Assembly: GCF_004010195.1 (NCBI RefSeq)
Contig: NC_057749.1
Span: 25,850,033-25,914,032, forward strand
DNA: 64,000 nt
Reading direction: 5' to 3'
Source of the DNA: Chiloscyllium plagiosum
Lineage: Eukaryota
Shown: in pieces, positions 12,831 through 24,191 of the stretch
How positions within the stretch are numbered: the stretch's first letter is position 1
Layout of the letters: every line of letters starts with the position of its first letter
The notes under the pieces: model-generated
Seen by the model: only the letters and a program-made list of their open reading frames with translations
What the model was told of the DNA's origin: nothing
Databases searched by the model: none
Program-made: the position numbers and the translations under genes

Positions 12831-12919
12831 TTCCATACCTAATGTCCACCTAGGTAATAAGAATTCAGAAAGTCCAAAGAGTATCAAAAAGATGTTCATG
12901 TTTGTCTTCTCCTGGAGGA

Positions 12920-14145
12920 GTAATCTTCTTCCAATCAGATAGATGGACCCAGTTTGAGCGTTCTTCAGTTTTGACTGAGGTTGGTGTAGTTAGTAAGCCT
13001 CCAGCATTGTCCTAGTTTCTTTCTTTTATTTTTTTGACCAATTCTTGATCCATGGGTTTACCCATGGATATTGGGAGGCATTCATTTTTTCCTCAGCGAG
13101 TGAAGAAACTTCAGAGAAAGAGTTAACTGTTTCAAGGAGTTCTGCATTTGCTCACCCATTATGTGGAGGTCTACGCCCGCTAGAGGTTTAACATGAGCAT
13201 CCCATGGAGTCCTCGTTGGCCAATCATAAACTATCTCTGCAGCTGATAGCTCAGTCCACGAATGTGGAGTCACTCATATGTGAAATAGTGCCAAGGGTAC
13301 TATTTTGAGCCAATTTGACCCCATTCCCTTGACTAACTCTCTGATTTAGGATAATTTCTCTTTTAAAGTACCGTTGGCCCATTCCACAATCCCTGCTGCC
13401 TGCAGGTGGTACATACAGTGCAGTTGCTGTTAAATTAAGGGTGAGTCACATAACTCAATTTTGATTCGAGTCACGAAACGTGGTCCGTTGTCCGAGCTTA
13501 TCATTTTAGGCAACCCAAAGTGGGGACTAACTTCAGTCAACAGTATTTTCACCTCCGTATGTGTGGTACAATTAATTGTGGGGAAGGCTTCAATCCATTT
13601 GCTAAATGCATCAACCATCACTAAACAGTAATTATAAAATTGTATCTTAGGCAATTCAATACATTCAAGCTGTTTACAGGCCAAAGGACCATTAGGCAGA
13701 GGAGTAGTCCTGGAAGGGCATTTGATACCCTTACCCTTGTTATTTTTCATGCAGATAAGGCATTGATCTAGCCGCATTTGAGCTGCAGTATTAAAATCCG
13801 GGTGCCACCAAGTTTTTAAAATTACCTGTACCATTCCTTCCTTGCCAAGATGAGTACAAGGATGCAGGTAATCAATAGCACTGGCAATAAAGAATCAGGA
13901 ATACAAACGTGACCTACCAGAGTAAGCCAGAGGTCTCATGTCGAGGAATATGAACACCCCATTGACTTCCAAAGTGTACGCTCAGAGTTAGAGGCATCCC
14001 TCTGTAGAGTTTGAATCACAGTTAGATCTAGCATGTGCTTTGTCCCTAAAGTAGGTACTCGATTTAGTGCTTGATTCCTGTCAGTTTGAACCAAAAACAA
14101 TTATGCAGCCACCTCCTTAGCAGCCAAATCAGCACAGCATTTCCT
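12920..14145 (-). pseudogene. pol: ERV pol remnant: end of RNase H plus integrase
   Basis: ADLAAKEVAA (RNase H end), WWHPDF..CLIC (zinc-finger region), VMVDAFSKWIEAFPT and ISSDNGPRFV (catalytic core), LLTTPTSVK..NWVHLSDWK (C-terminus). Contains frameshifts and stops. Confidence 0.9.
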
Positions 14146-14155
14146 AATATCATAC

Positions 14156-14560
14156 TGACCTCCAAAACCTGGTATTACATACATCATCCATAATCTTGTC
14201 CTTGTAGGAGATTCCAAGGATTTTGTGGAATGTCTTTATTTGGGTTAGGTCAGTATCCCAAGATATATGTGGAGCCAGCCTGCTCAAGCTCTGACGGGGT
14301 CCACCAAGGTTAAAGATTTATGTGGACTCAGCCGACATCAAGTCCTGCTGAGGTTAGCAATGCTTTGACCTTTGTTATAGTCTTAACTTGTATCTTAGGC
14401 AATTCAATACATTCAAGCTGTATACAGGCCAAAGGACCATTAGGCAGAGGAGTAGTCCAGGCAGCTCTGGGGTTGTACAAAGGACAGTCAAAGGGTATGC
14501 TACAACCAGGGGTTGGCCAGTTTTCCCCTCATGCAGCTATCTGTATCACACAATTCCACA
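14156..14560 (-). repeat. ERV 5' LTR, truncated to its U3 part
   Basis: Aligns with about 10533-10872. Joined directly to the end of RNase H, so R/U5, PBS, gag, pro and RT are deleted. Confidence 0.88.
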
Positions 14561-14789
14561 ACATGAAGCAACTATGCAGTATGATTGCATTTCACCTGAT
14601 GGTCACAGCATTTCAAAATGCCTGCCCAAGCACTATTTAAAAGCAGCTAAGTTTTCTGCCTCGATCCCTCTTTCAGACTATGCATTCCTGACCTACAGCA
14701 GACTCAAAGTGCAAAAATTCTCAAATCTCTTGACAACCCATCTTGGTGTGCAGGAACATCTGGCTGTAATGCACATCAATTAATGAAGA

Positions 14790-15450
14790 GCGCAGGACAA
14801 GTTGACAGAACACTTAATAAATCAGGCAGCATCTAAGGTCTTATTAATAGTGATATAGAGTACAAAAGCGAGTAAGTTATGTTAAACTTGTATTGAAACA
14901 CTGCTTCATCCTCAGCTGGAGTATTGTGTCCAACTCTGGGCACTGCTTTTCAGGAATAATGTGAAGGCTTGAGAGAGAATGCAGTGAAGACTCATGAGAA
15001 TGATTCCAGAATTGTAGAACATCTGTCAATTGACTAGAGAAGCTGAGCAGCTTTTCTTGAAGGGTAGAAGGTTAAGGGAAGACTTGATTAGGATATTAAA
15101 AATTGTCAAGGATCTGGGCAAAATAGTTAGAGAAAGAAAGTGGTGGAAAGATTGAGAACAAGAGGTAATGGATTTAAGTAAATTGGCAAAAACAGCAATG
15201 GCAATGGGAGGGAAGTCATTTTCAAGCAACAACTGATCAGGATCTGGGATGCACTGCCTGAGAATGCAGTGGAGGCAAGTTCAACTGAGGCGATGACCAA
15301 GAAATGGATAATTTACTGTAATGAAAGAATGGGCAAGCCTACATGGAGCAGACAGGCATGTGGTACTAGGTGAATTGTTCTTACAGAGAGCCAGCACAGC
15401 TATGATGGACTGGCTGAATGGCTTCTTTTTTGTGTGGACTTATTCCATGA
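14790..15450 (+). mobile_element. Old CR1 3' fragment
   Basis: ctggagtattgtgtccaactctgg (LEYCVQ.W) and downstream motifs. Confidence 0.75.
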
Positions 15451-16864
15451 TTCTCCGCTAAAATTTCTACCAATTTGTTTAAATTCATGTCCTCTGGTTA
15501 ATGAATTAGTTGAAAATTAAAATAAGTTCTTCCCATCCACTCTATCCAAGTTCCTTATAGTTTTGTACATCTGAAATTAATCACCCCTTAGTCTCCTCTG
15601 TTCCAAATGTCGGGACAATTGATCAGAACTCTAATTTACTTACTGACATACTAAACGTTTGGATACGACTTTCATTTTTAAAACAAACACCACAAGCCAA
15701 GTCTGACTGATAATGTTGCTTTTAAGAATGGAATTCACTGACTGCTGAAAGATTCCCGATGTGAACCTTTGGAATGTAACCCCTTGTATGGTCCCGAATA
15801 AGCTTCAAAGAGAAAGACTTTAAAAGCCAGAGAAGCAAAGCAATCTAATCACCTCATCTCAGCATGAAAACATCTCCTGTAAGTTACAGCCAAAAATGCA
15901 CATGAGTCAAAAGACATATTTGAGTTTTGACCTTCCTGGAATACAGAAAAAAAGAGGTTACAAGTTAACCGCAAAGCCTGAATAATGTATATTAGTGGAC
16001 TGATTTGCTATGGTGGACTAGTGTGGTATGAAGGTTACAACTTGAGGACAGCCATTAGACAGCTCTGTACTACAGGCAAAAAGAAAAGACAATCACTCAG
16101 TTTGAATACTAATTAGCAAGCCAGTCGCTGTTAAGAAGGGAACATGAGAAAATGTTTTAGCTGAAGTGCAAAGCCAAGAATCTCAATTGCAACCAACTGA
16201 CTACTGATATCAACACCAGTAATATCACTCAATCTTATTTTTCATTCATTCACAGGATGTGCCTGTCGCTGGCTAAGCCAGCATTTATTGCCTGTCCCTA
16301 ACAGTTAAGAGTCAATCACATTGCTGTGCGGTCTGGTGTCATATGCAGTCCAAACCAAGGAAGGAGAGCAGTTTCTTTCCCTGAAATGAAGCAGCTGGCT
16401 TTCTCCCCAACAACTAACAATGGTTTCATGATCAGCATTAGACTCTTAATTCCAAAATTTTAAAAAAATTGAATCCAAATCTACCGTGGCGGGATTCACA
16501 CACAGATCCCCAGAACATTACCTGGGTTCCTGGATTAATAGACTAGTGATAATATCACTAAGCTATCGCCTCGCCTTGTAATAGCTGTAATGTTCCACCA
16601 TCTGCATTTCACAAACAACCGAGGGACTGATCCGTGTACTTTTTAATCATTTTTGACACTTTTCTTAATTCTAACCTATGTGTTTGCATTTCATTTTCAC
16701 TACTTCCCATGTTTAGTAAGCAATGAATTGACTCTTTCTTAAACTGGAGAAAGTTTAGTTAAATTGGCTCATTCAATCTGGGAGAAATGTATCCGAAAGG
16801 GAAGGGATTCTTTTTAATTAACATTGAGATGACTAATCCAGTGTGGGGAGGGAAGGTGGATAAA

Positions 16865-17184
16865 CTGCTGCGCTCTTCCAGCACCACTAATCCAGAATCT
16901 GGTTTCCAGCATCTGCAATCATTGTTTTTACCTCGTTGATTTTAACCCTACTGCGAATCCTCTTGCAAGGATGCCTGCCTTGAAGAAGTTTTCCTCCTCT
17001 CTCTACAAGAATCTCAGGGAGTCCCTCTCCCACGGCAACTCCCAGGTCATTTCCTCTGCCCTGAAGCTCCACACTTCAGGCTCTCTGCCTTTATTCCTGA
17101 TGAAGGGCTTTTGACCGAAACGTCGATTTCGCTGCACCATGGATGCTGCCTGAACTGCTGTGCTCTTCCAGCACCACTAATCCA
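16865..17184 (+). mobile_element. Non-autonomous Penelope-derived mini-element with terminal direct repeats and one hammerhead (retrozyme-like)
   Basis: Direct repeat of about 30 bp at a 290-nt period. TSD ggataaa (16858-16864 and 17185-17191). Confidence 0.8.
17095..17126 (+). ncRNA. Minimal hammerhead motif (family B), one stem II mismatch
   Basis: TC-CTGATGA-A-GGGC-tttt-GACC-GAAA-CGTC-GA. Confidence 0.78.
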
Positions 17185-17556
17185 GGATAAAGAAGGGCAG
17201 CTAGTTCAGCATTCTTCACTTGGGAGCATATCAAGACCGGTTTTCCAGTCTTGAACCTTAGTGGATTGGGAAATCTTACCCAAAGTGCTGTTCATAAACA
17301 ACCACAGTCTATCTAATCTTTCCTCATAGTTAAAACTTTTAAGTTCTGGCATCAAATGCGTTTTGATGTCAATGGGTTCTTACTAACCTTCCTCTGCCCA
17401 CTTTTTTTAACATAACATAGTTATTTACTTTAGAGAGATTACAGAAATCACATAGGCATGTTAAAAATCTATTGTTAACACAAACAGTGATATCTAACCA
17501 AATATACTGGGTGGAAATTCAGGAGTGAAACCTTTACCTGAAGCTTCTTATTTCTG

Positions 17557-17759
17557 ATTTGGAGATGCCGGTGTTGGACTGGGGTGTACAAAGTTAAAAA
17601 CCACACAACACCAGGTTATAGTCCAACAGGTTTAATTGGAAGCACTAGCTTTCGGAACGCTGCTCCTTCAGCCACCTGATGAAGGAGCAGTGCTCCAAAA
17701 ACTAGTGCTTCCAAATAAACCTGTTGGACTATAACCTGGTGTTGTGTGATTTTTAACTT
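17557..17759. mobile_element. Fold-back Penelope-derived mini-element (family A) with back-to-back hammerhead remnants
   Basis: Inverted arms of about 80 bp plus a one-sided tail. TSD cttcttatttctg (17544-17556 and 17757-17769, partly overlapping the end). Confidence 0.85.
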
Positions 17760-17789
17760 CTTATTTCTGTGATCTTGCCGCATTTAGTA

Positions 17790-18590
17790 TTAGAACATAG
17801 AACAATAGGGCACAGGAACTGGCCCTTCAGCCCACAATGTTGTGCTGAACATGACACCAAATGAAACTAATCCCTTCTGCCTGCCATTGGTCCATATCCC
17901 TCCATTCTTTGCATATTCATGTGCTTGTCTAAAAATCTCTTAAATGCCCCTATCGTATCTGTCTCCACCACCACCCCTGTCAGTGCATTCCAAACTCTGA
18001 CTACTCTCTGTATAAAAAACTTGCCCCTCACATCTCCTTTGATCCATCCCCTTCTCACCTTAAATGCATGCCCTCTAGTATTATACATTTCAAGTCTGGG
18101 AAAAAGATTCTGACCATCAATCCTATCTATGTATCTCATAAGTTTATAGATTTCTATCAGGTCTCCCCTCAGCTTCTGCTGCTCCAGAGAAAACACCCTG
18201 AGTTTTTCTAGCCTCTCCTTTAGCTCATACCCTCTAATCCAGGCAGCATCCTGGTCAACCTCTTGTGTACCCTCTGAAAGCCTCCACATCCTTCCTGTCA
18301 TGTGGTGAGCAGAATTGAATGCAATACTCTGAATCTGGCCTAACCAAAATTTTATAAAGCTGCAATTTGACATCCTGACTCTATACTCCATTCCCCAACA
18401 AATAAAGGCAAGCATGCCATATGCCTTCTTTATCACCCTTCTTTATTCTTTATTGCGTGACACTTTCAGGGAGCTATGGACTTGAACTCCAAGATCCTCA
18501 TGCACACCAATGCTGTTCAGAGTCCTGCAATTAACTGTGTACTTTTTGTTAACATTTGATTTCCCAAAGTGCAGTGCCTCATACCTACCC
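17790..18590 (-). mobile_element. CR1 3' fragment; continues at about 19762-19912 and 20706-20765
   Basis: LRGDLIEIYKLMR..TRGHAFK..FFIQRVVRVWNAL. Confidence 0.9.
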
Positions 18591-19760
18591 AGAGGCAGAG
18601 CAATGGATGTGGTGAATAAGGATTTAGCGAGGTGTTTGATAACGCTCCCCATGGTAGGCTCAGTCAGAAAGTACGGAGGCATGGGAAAGAGGGAAACCTG
18701 GCTGTCTGGATACAGTATTGACTGGCCCATGAAAGACAGAGAGTGATGGTAAATGGAAAATATTCAACCTGGAGCTCAGTGACCAGTGGTGTTCCACAGG
18801 GATCAGTTCTGAGATCTCTGCTGTTTGTGATTTTTAAAAATGTCTTGGATGAGGAAGTGGAAGGCTGGATTATTAAGTTTGCCAATGACATGAAGGTTAG
18901 TGGAGTTTTGGATAGTGTGAAGGGCTGTTGTAGGTTGCAACGAGACATTGACAGGATGCAGAGATGGGCTGAGAATTGGCAGATAGAGTTCAGTCTGGAA
19001 AAGCGAGAAGTGATTAATTTTGGAAGGTCGAATTTGAATGCAGATTGCAGGATTAAAGGCAGGACTCTTGGCGGTGTGGAGGAACAGAGGGATCTTGGGG
19101 TCCACATCCATAGATTCCTCAAAGTTGCCACCCAGGTTGATTGGGTTATTATGGAGTATGGTGTATTGGCTTTCTTTAGCAGGGGGTTATGCTCAGAGCT
19201 CCAAACAGCACTGATTACACCACACTTGGAATATTGTGTTCAGTTCTGGTGGCCCCATTATAGAAAGGATGTGGAAACTTTAGAGAGGGTGCAGAGGAGA
19301 TTTACCGGGAGGCTGCCTGGAATGAGGGCATGTCTTATGAAGAAAGGGTGAGGGAAGGCTTTTCGGATTGGAGCGAAGAAGGATGAGAGGTGACTTGATA
19401 GAGGTGTTCAAGATAATGAGAGGCATGGACAGAGTGGATAGCCAGAGACTTATTCCAGGGGCGGAAATGGCTTACACAAGGGGGCATAATTTTAAAGTGA
19501 TTGGAGAAGGCCTAAGGGGAGTTGTCAGAGATAGTTTCTTTACACAGAGAGTGGTGGTTGCATGGAATACACTGCCAGCAGTGATAGTAGTGTCAGATAC
19601 ATTAGGGACATTTAAACGACTCTTGGATAGGCACATGGATGATAGTAAATTGAAGGATATGTAGGTTAGTTTGATCTTAGAGAAGGATAAAAGGTTGACA
19701 TAACATCGAGAACTGAAGGGTCTGTACTGGGCTGCACTGTTCAATGCTCTAAACTCCATA
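18590..19760 (+). mobile_element. CR1 RT fragment nested in an opposite-strand CR1
   Basis: VTSGVPQGSVL, KFANDMK, HLEYCVQFWWPHY. Confidence 0.92.
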
Positions 19761-19913
19761 TGCCATTTCTCTGCTCAGATCTGCATCTGATCTGTATCCC
19801 GCTATAACCTTTGACAACCTTCCACACTATCTACACAACTCCACCGATCTTTGTATCGTCTACAAAGTTACTAACGCACTCATCTACATTTTCATCTAAG
19901 TCATTTATATGTA

Positions 19914-20704
19914 CACGTAGTTCTCCAATAAAGCGCATTTCCTAAAGGCAATTTGGCTGTAACGTAATTCGTGAATTGCGGACTTTTTAAAATAAATTCC
20001 GCTTTATAAAACCTGTTACGCGACTCCCATCCCCAGCACTAGGTGTCGCGGTGCGTGGAGGACTAGACTTCAGTGTCGACATCACATGGTCAGTCGGCTT
20101 GCGTGCTTTCTGGTGAAGAGCTTTGTGAAAAGTACAGTGCTGTAGTCAGTGATTTTAGGGTTAAATTTACTCTACTATTTCATTAGAATATAATTTACTT
20201 AGACCATGCATCGTTTGTGTTAGATTAGATTCCCTACAGTATGGAAACAGGCCCTTCGGCCCAACAAATCCACACCAACCCTCCACACAGTAAGCCACCC
20301 ACACCCTGCATTTACCCCTGACTAATGCACCCAACAGTATGAGCAATTTAACGTGGCCAATTCACCTGACCTGCACATCTTTGGACTGTGGGAGGAAACC
20401 GGAGCACCCGGAGGAAACCCACGCAGACACGGGGAGAACGTGCAAACTCCACACAGAGAGTTGCCCGAGGCGGGAATCAAATTCAGGTCCCTGATGCTGT
20501 GAGGCAGAAGTGCTAACCACTGAGCTACTGTGCCACCCTGTTAGTAGGCTAACTACTATTTTTGTTTTGAATTTTACTCATATTTTTGGTGGTTCACCCA
20601 AACCCTGTTTATCTCTTGGTCCCCATTATTTTCGATTGTATGATTTTCTATAACACAGGGAGTTGCACGGGAACACAACTACCATGTTGTAGGAGAACTA
20701 CCTA
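19914..20704. mobile_element. Non-autonomous Tc1/mariner-pogo (Tigger-like) DNA element, carrying a nested HE1 SINE
   Basis: TA-flanked TIRs cacgtagttctcc / ggagaactaccta; interrupts a minus-strand CR1. Confidence 0.7.
20218..20540 (-). mobile_element. HE1-type SINE
   Basis: Reverse complement of the family. Confidence 0.85.
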
Positions 20705-22208
20705 TATCGCTAACAGCAGAGGTCCCAGTACAGATCCCTGCAGAACAGCACTAGTCACAAACCTCCAGCTGAGAAGGCAAATCTTCCTTCCATGATCATG
20801 AATCTGAAGTATACTCCCACACAAACACACACAGACAGTATCATTTCAAACAGAAAGAAGGCAGAGCTATGTGGAAAAAGTAGAGCAGTGCAACTAATTG
20901 GTTCAGGTTGACATAGCTGAAAATGTGTTGCTGGAAAAGCGCAGCAGGTCAGGCAGCATCCAAGGAACAGGAGAATCGACGTTTCAGGCATAAGCCCTTC
21001 GAGCTAGCAGAGGTACATTGAAGTGAAAAGTCTCCTCTTGAGTTGTAAGAATCTACAATTCTATATCACGGCTTTTCTTGAGGCACACTGGCCTGCTCCT
21101 ACAGCTGCCTGGACTGCCTCTGACCTGGATCATGGCAGTTTCAAAACATTCCTTCACATCAGAGACAGAGGATTGGCCAATAGACTGTTACAGGTCTCAG
21201 TGCAAACCTTATCACTTTCCAATTAGCAACAATGCCATCTCACTGGTTCGACTGTCTTGATAACACACATTGTACATCCAAACTGCACCCTTCAGTTTCT
21301 TTACAAAGTTACCTCTCTTATGTTGATGGTCAGTGACGAAATCATGAGCCCAACACGACACAGTTGGGAATTGACTTTAGAGAGGCCCTTATTGTTGTGG
21401 GAACAACTAAAGAACAAAGCAGTGAAAGTCAAAACTAGAAACAATCTAGTACTCAAACACCAAGTGCTGCAGATGTTGGAAATTTGAAATAAAGACAGAA
21501 AGTGCTAGAGAAACTTAGCAGGTCCAGCAGCATCTGTAGAGAGAGTTGACATTTTGAATCCAATATGACTCTTCTTCAGACTGTTTGGAACAGCTAACAA
21601 TTCAAAATGTTAATTCTGTTTCTCTCTGAAGAAGCTGCCAGATCTGCTTAGTTTCTCCAGCACTTACTATTTTTTTGTTTACTAGCCAAACTTGTTGGAC
21701 CTATTTTGGGTGCTATCGCCACATTGTTATGGACCTCAGCCCTTGCCCTCTTGACTGACTCTTGTACACCCATCCAGCAAAGATCATGATCCAGAATTTT
21801 GGAGACCATCAGGTGAATGCAACAACATGCAATAAAACTAGAACCTTCCTCTCAAGGCTCCTCTGGCTTCCTTTCCTCATAAGCATCACTTCCCTACATG
21901 CCCACCGACGGATGGAAACCCATGGGCTGATTTAAGCCATCGGTGCTTCACCTTGTTTTCCTGCTCCGTGATGATCTATTCAATCCAGTTACTACCCACT
22001 GGGTAGTCTGTCTGGAGTAATCTTATTGCCAAGAAGGAGAACTAAGTAAAACTGGCAAATGATTCACATTGGTTTTGCTTGTCATATGTACTTGAAAATG
22101 AAGGACCAGTGTCTCAATTAATACTGGTTTGTCTTTCACCTGGGGGAGCAAGATCCATCAGAAGATATTCCTTTTGGAGAAGGAATGGCAGCAGATTAGC
22201 AAGATGCT

Positions 22209-23474
22209 TGCTTGGGGTTCATCAACTTCTACCTGCTTTCTCTCTTTTTTCTATCTTTTTTCTTCTGCTCCTTTTTCTTCATTTGTTTTGGCGGGTTAGC
22301 AGTAGCGAGAGTGGGCCGTGTGCGGGGTGATGGCAGCAGTGGACGCAGCATCTCTCTGCGATTGGAGGTGGTGGAGGCAGCAGCAAGGATGTCTTCCTGT
22401 GTTTGGGGGCTGGTGCCAACATCAGTAAAGCTCCTCCAGCGATTGGAGACAGCGGAATCTTCAAGATGGCGGCATTGACAAGGGACTATTGGCGTGGAGG
22501 TGGCCTGGCAGCAGAGTCCAGGATTCCTGGTCGCAGTAAGCCCAAAGCAGGGACTCCTGGGACTGGTGAGGCCAAAGTCCTGGTCGCAGTAGGCCCAGAC
22601 CAGGGACTCCCGGCACTGGAGAAGCCAGGATTCCTGGTCTCAGTAAGCCCAGACCAGGGACTCCGGGCCCTGGGGAGGCCAGGTGTCCTAGCAGTAAGCC
22701 CAGACTAGGGATTCCCAGCTTTGGCAAGGCCGGGAGTCCTGGTCACAGTAGGCCCAGACCTGGGACTCCCGGCACTGGTGAGGCCCAAACTCTCGGTTGC
22801 AGTAGGCCCAAAGCAGGCACCCCTGGCACTGGAGAGACCAGGGGTCTTGGTCGCAGTAGGCCCAGACCAGGGACTCCAGGCAGTGGCGAGGCCGGGAGTC
22901 CTGGTCATAGTCGGCCCAGACCAGGGACTCCCGACACTGGGGAGGCCAGGAGTCCTGGTCACAATAGGCCCAGAGCAGGGACCCCTGGCACTGGCCAGGC
23001 CAGGAGTCTTGGTTGCAGTAGGCCCAGAATAGGGACCCCTAGCACTGGCGAGGCCAGGAGTCTTGGTCGCAGTAGGCCCAGAGTAGGGATTCCTAAAACT
23101 GGCAAGGCAGTGGCAGTTGCAGCAGAGCTGGCAACTTCTGGTGGTGGAGTGAGTGTGGGATCACCATGCAACTCAGTGGCATTGGTGAGGTGAGCCCGGT
23201 AGCGAAGATATGGCACCTAAAGAAGGGGGACTCATATGTTGGTGAATCTAGTGCAGGAGGAGGAGGTCGGGTAGCGGTGCAGGTGTGGAGGATGACTCGG
23301 CTCAGGACTCATGGTGGAGGCAGCCGAACACTTTCAGTTAGAATTTCTTACTCTTTTTATTCTTACACGACTCAAAATGGCATCAGATTGTGGCGACAGT
23401 TGAAGCTTTTCACTGTATTTTTCGTGTATAAAATGCAAGTGACAATAAATCGTCCAATCAATCAATCAATTAAT
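22209..23474 (+). mobile_element. Composite non-autonomous retroelement with VNTR and LINE-type tail
   Basis: TSD caagatgct (22200-22208 and 23475-23483). Ends gtgacaataaa..(caat)n. GC-rich interior, no credible ORF. Confidence 0.65.
22510..23105 (+). repeat. Minisatellite, about 11 x 54 bp
   Basis: Unit ggccaggagtcctggtcgcagtaggcccagaccagggactcccggcactggtga; cagta(g/a)gccc recurs every 51-54 bp. Confidence 0.95.
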
Positions 23475-23579
23475 CAAGATGCTAACAAGTTCCTTGTGAC
23501 AAGCCCAGTTGGTCGATTGGCAGGTTTTGAACCACCCCAAGAGAGGGTGCTCCTTGCTGAACAGATTCTGGCTGGGATA

Positions 23580-23760
23580 GAAACAAAAACAGAAATTGCA
23601 GGAGACACTCAACTGGTCTGGCAGCAACTGTGGGGAGAAATAAGAGTTTCGGACCCGAAACTTTAACTCTGACTTCTCTCCACAGATGCTGTCAGACCTG
23701 CTGAGATTTTCCAGCAATTTCTGTTTTTGTTTCTGATTTACAGTTCATTTGGTTTTTATT
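23580..23760. mobile_element. Fold-back Penelope-derived mini-element (family D-like); similar ones at about 4285-4470, 21465-21680 and 29697-29857
   Basis: aaacaaaaacagaaattgc... is the inverse of ...gcaatttctgtttttgttt. Centre gtttcggacccgaaac. Confidence 0.7.
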
Positions 23761-23837
23761 CAGGACAGGACAGGGTTCCTGCTCTGATAGCCTCCAGCTT
23801 TGGGGCCTCAGAACAAACCACTTTATGGACTTGTGGA

Positions 23838-24191
23838 GACCAGCTGTCCCTAGTCGCCATACACAAAGATGACAAGGACCACAAATTTGACTGGGACACA
23901 CAACGATCATAGGACAAGATAGACACTGGTCAGCCAGAGAATTCCTAGAAGCATGTCACTTAGCCACGGACTCCATCAACAAGCACATTGACCTCGACCC
24001 AGTATACTGGCCACTACACCAAACAACCAGAACCAGCAACTGGAAGCAGCAGGAAGGGAACAAAATAAATACAAGAAGACACTGTACAGCAACACTTCAC
24101 AGGAGGCTTCAAAGCTCTGAAGATGTCACCTAAACAGGGGACGGAACATCTGCAAATGAACTTCCCAGCTCGGCAAACATACCCACATCTA
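23838..24191 (+). mobile_element. Penelope-like 3' fragment (second family) with a degenerate hammerhead
   Basis: DKDHKFDWD and REFLEA-like remnants. Contains ctgaagatgtcacct-aaac-aggggacggaacatc. TSD ggacttgtgga (23827-23837 and 24192-24202). Confidence 0.85.

Larger units (their letters stand above)
10930..12900 (-). pseudogene. env: ERV env remnant (SU and gamma-type TM), interrupted by a CR1 insertion
   Basis: YFICDTKVYPWLPTHWIGSCYLG, furin site RGKR, immunosuppressive domain LQNRLALDYLLALQGGAC, mutated CX6CC (CAVVGQERC), TM helix LLILLLLVGIGLLVCL. Frameshifted. Confidence 0.9.
10212..14560 (-). mobile_element. Internally deleted endogenous retrovirus, class I (gamma/epsilon-like)
   Basis: TGTGGAA...TTCAACA termini, 4-bp TSD ACAT (10208-10211 and 14561-14564), two homologous LTR segments, a PPT, and pol and env remnants. 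gag, pro, RT and PBS are missing. Confidence 0.92.

Noticed and set aside
15608..17300. Possible old LTR hosting several insertions
   Set aside because: I could not define termini or a TSD.
21310..21405. AG/GT-bounded open segment on minus; similar ones near 28008-28052 and 37457-37535
   Set aside because: No SEA, EGF or transmembrane character. Such short open segments are expected by chance.
22403..23216. Repetitive ORFs (RPGVLVAVGPDQGL) as an elastin-like gene or CRISPR array
   Set aside because: Open on both strands only because the unit is 54 bp. There are stops, frameshifts, no splice context and no unique spacers.
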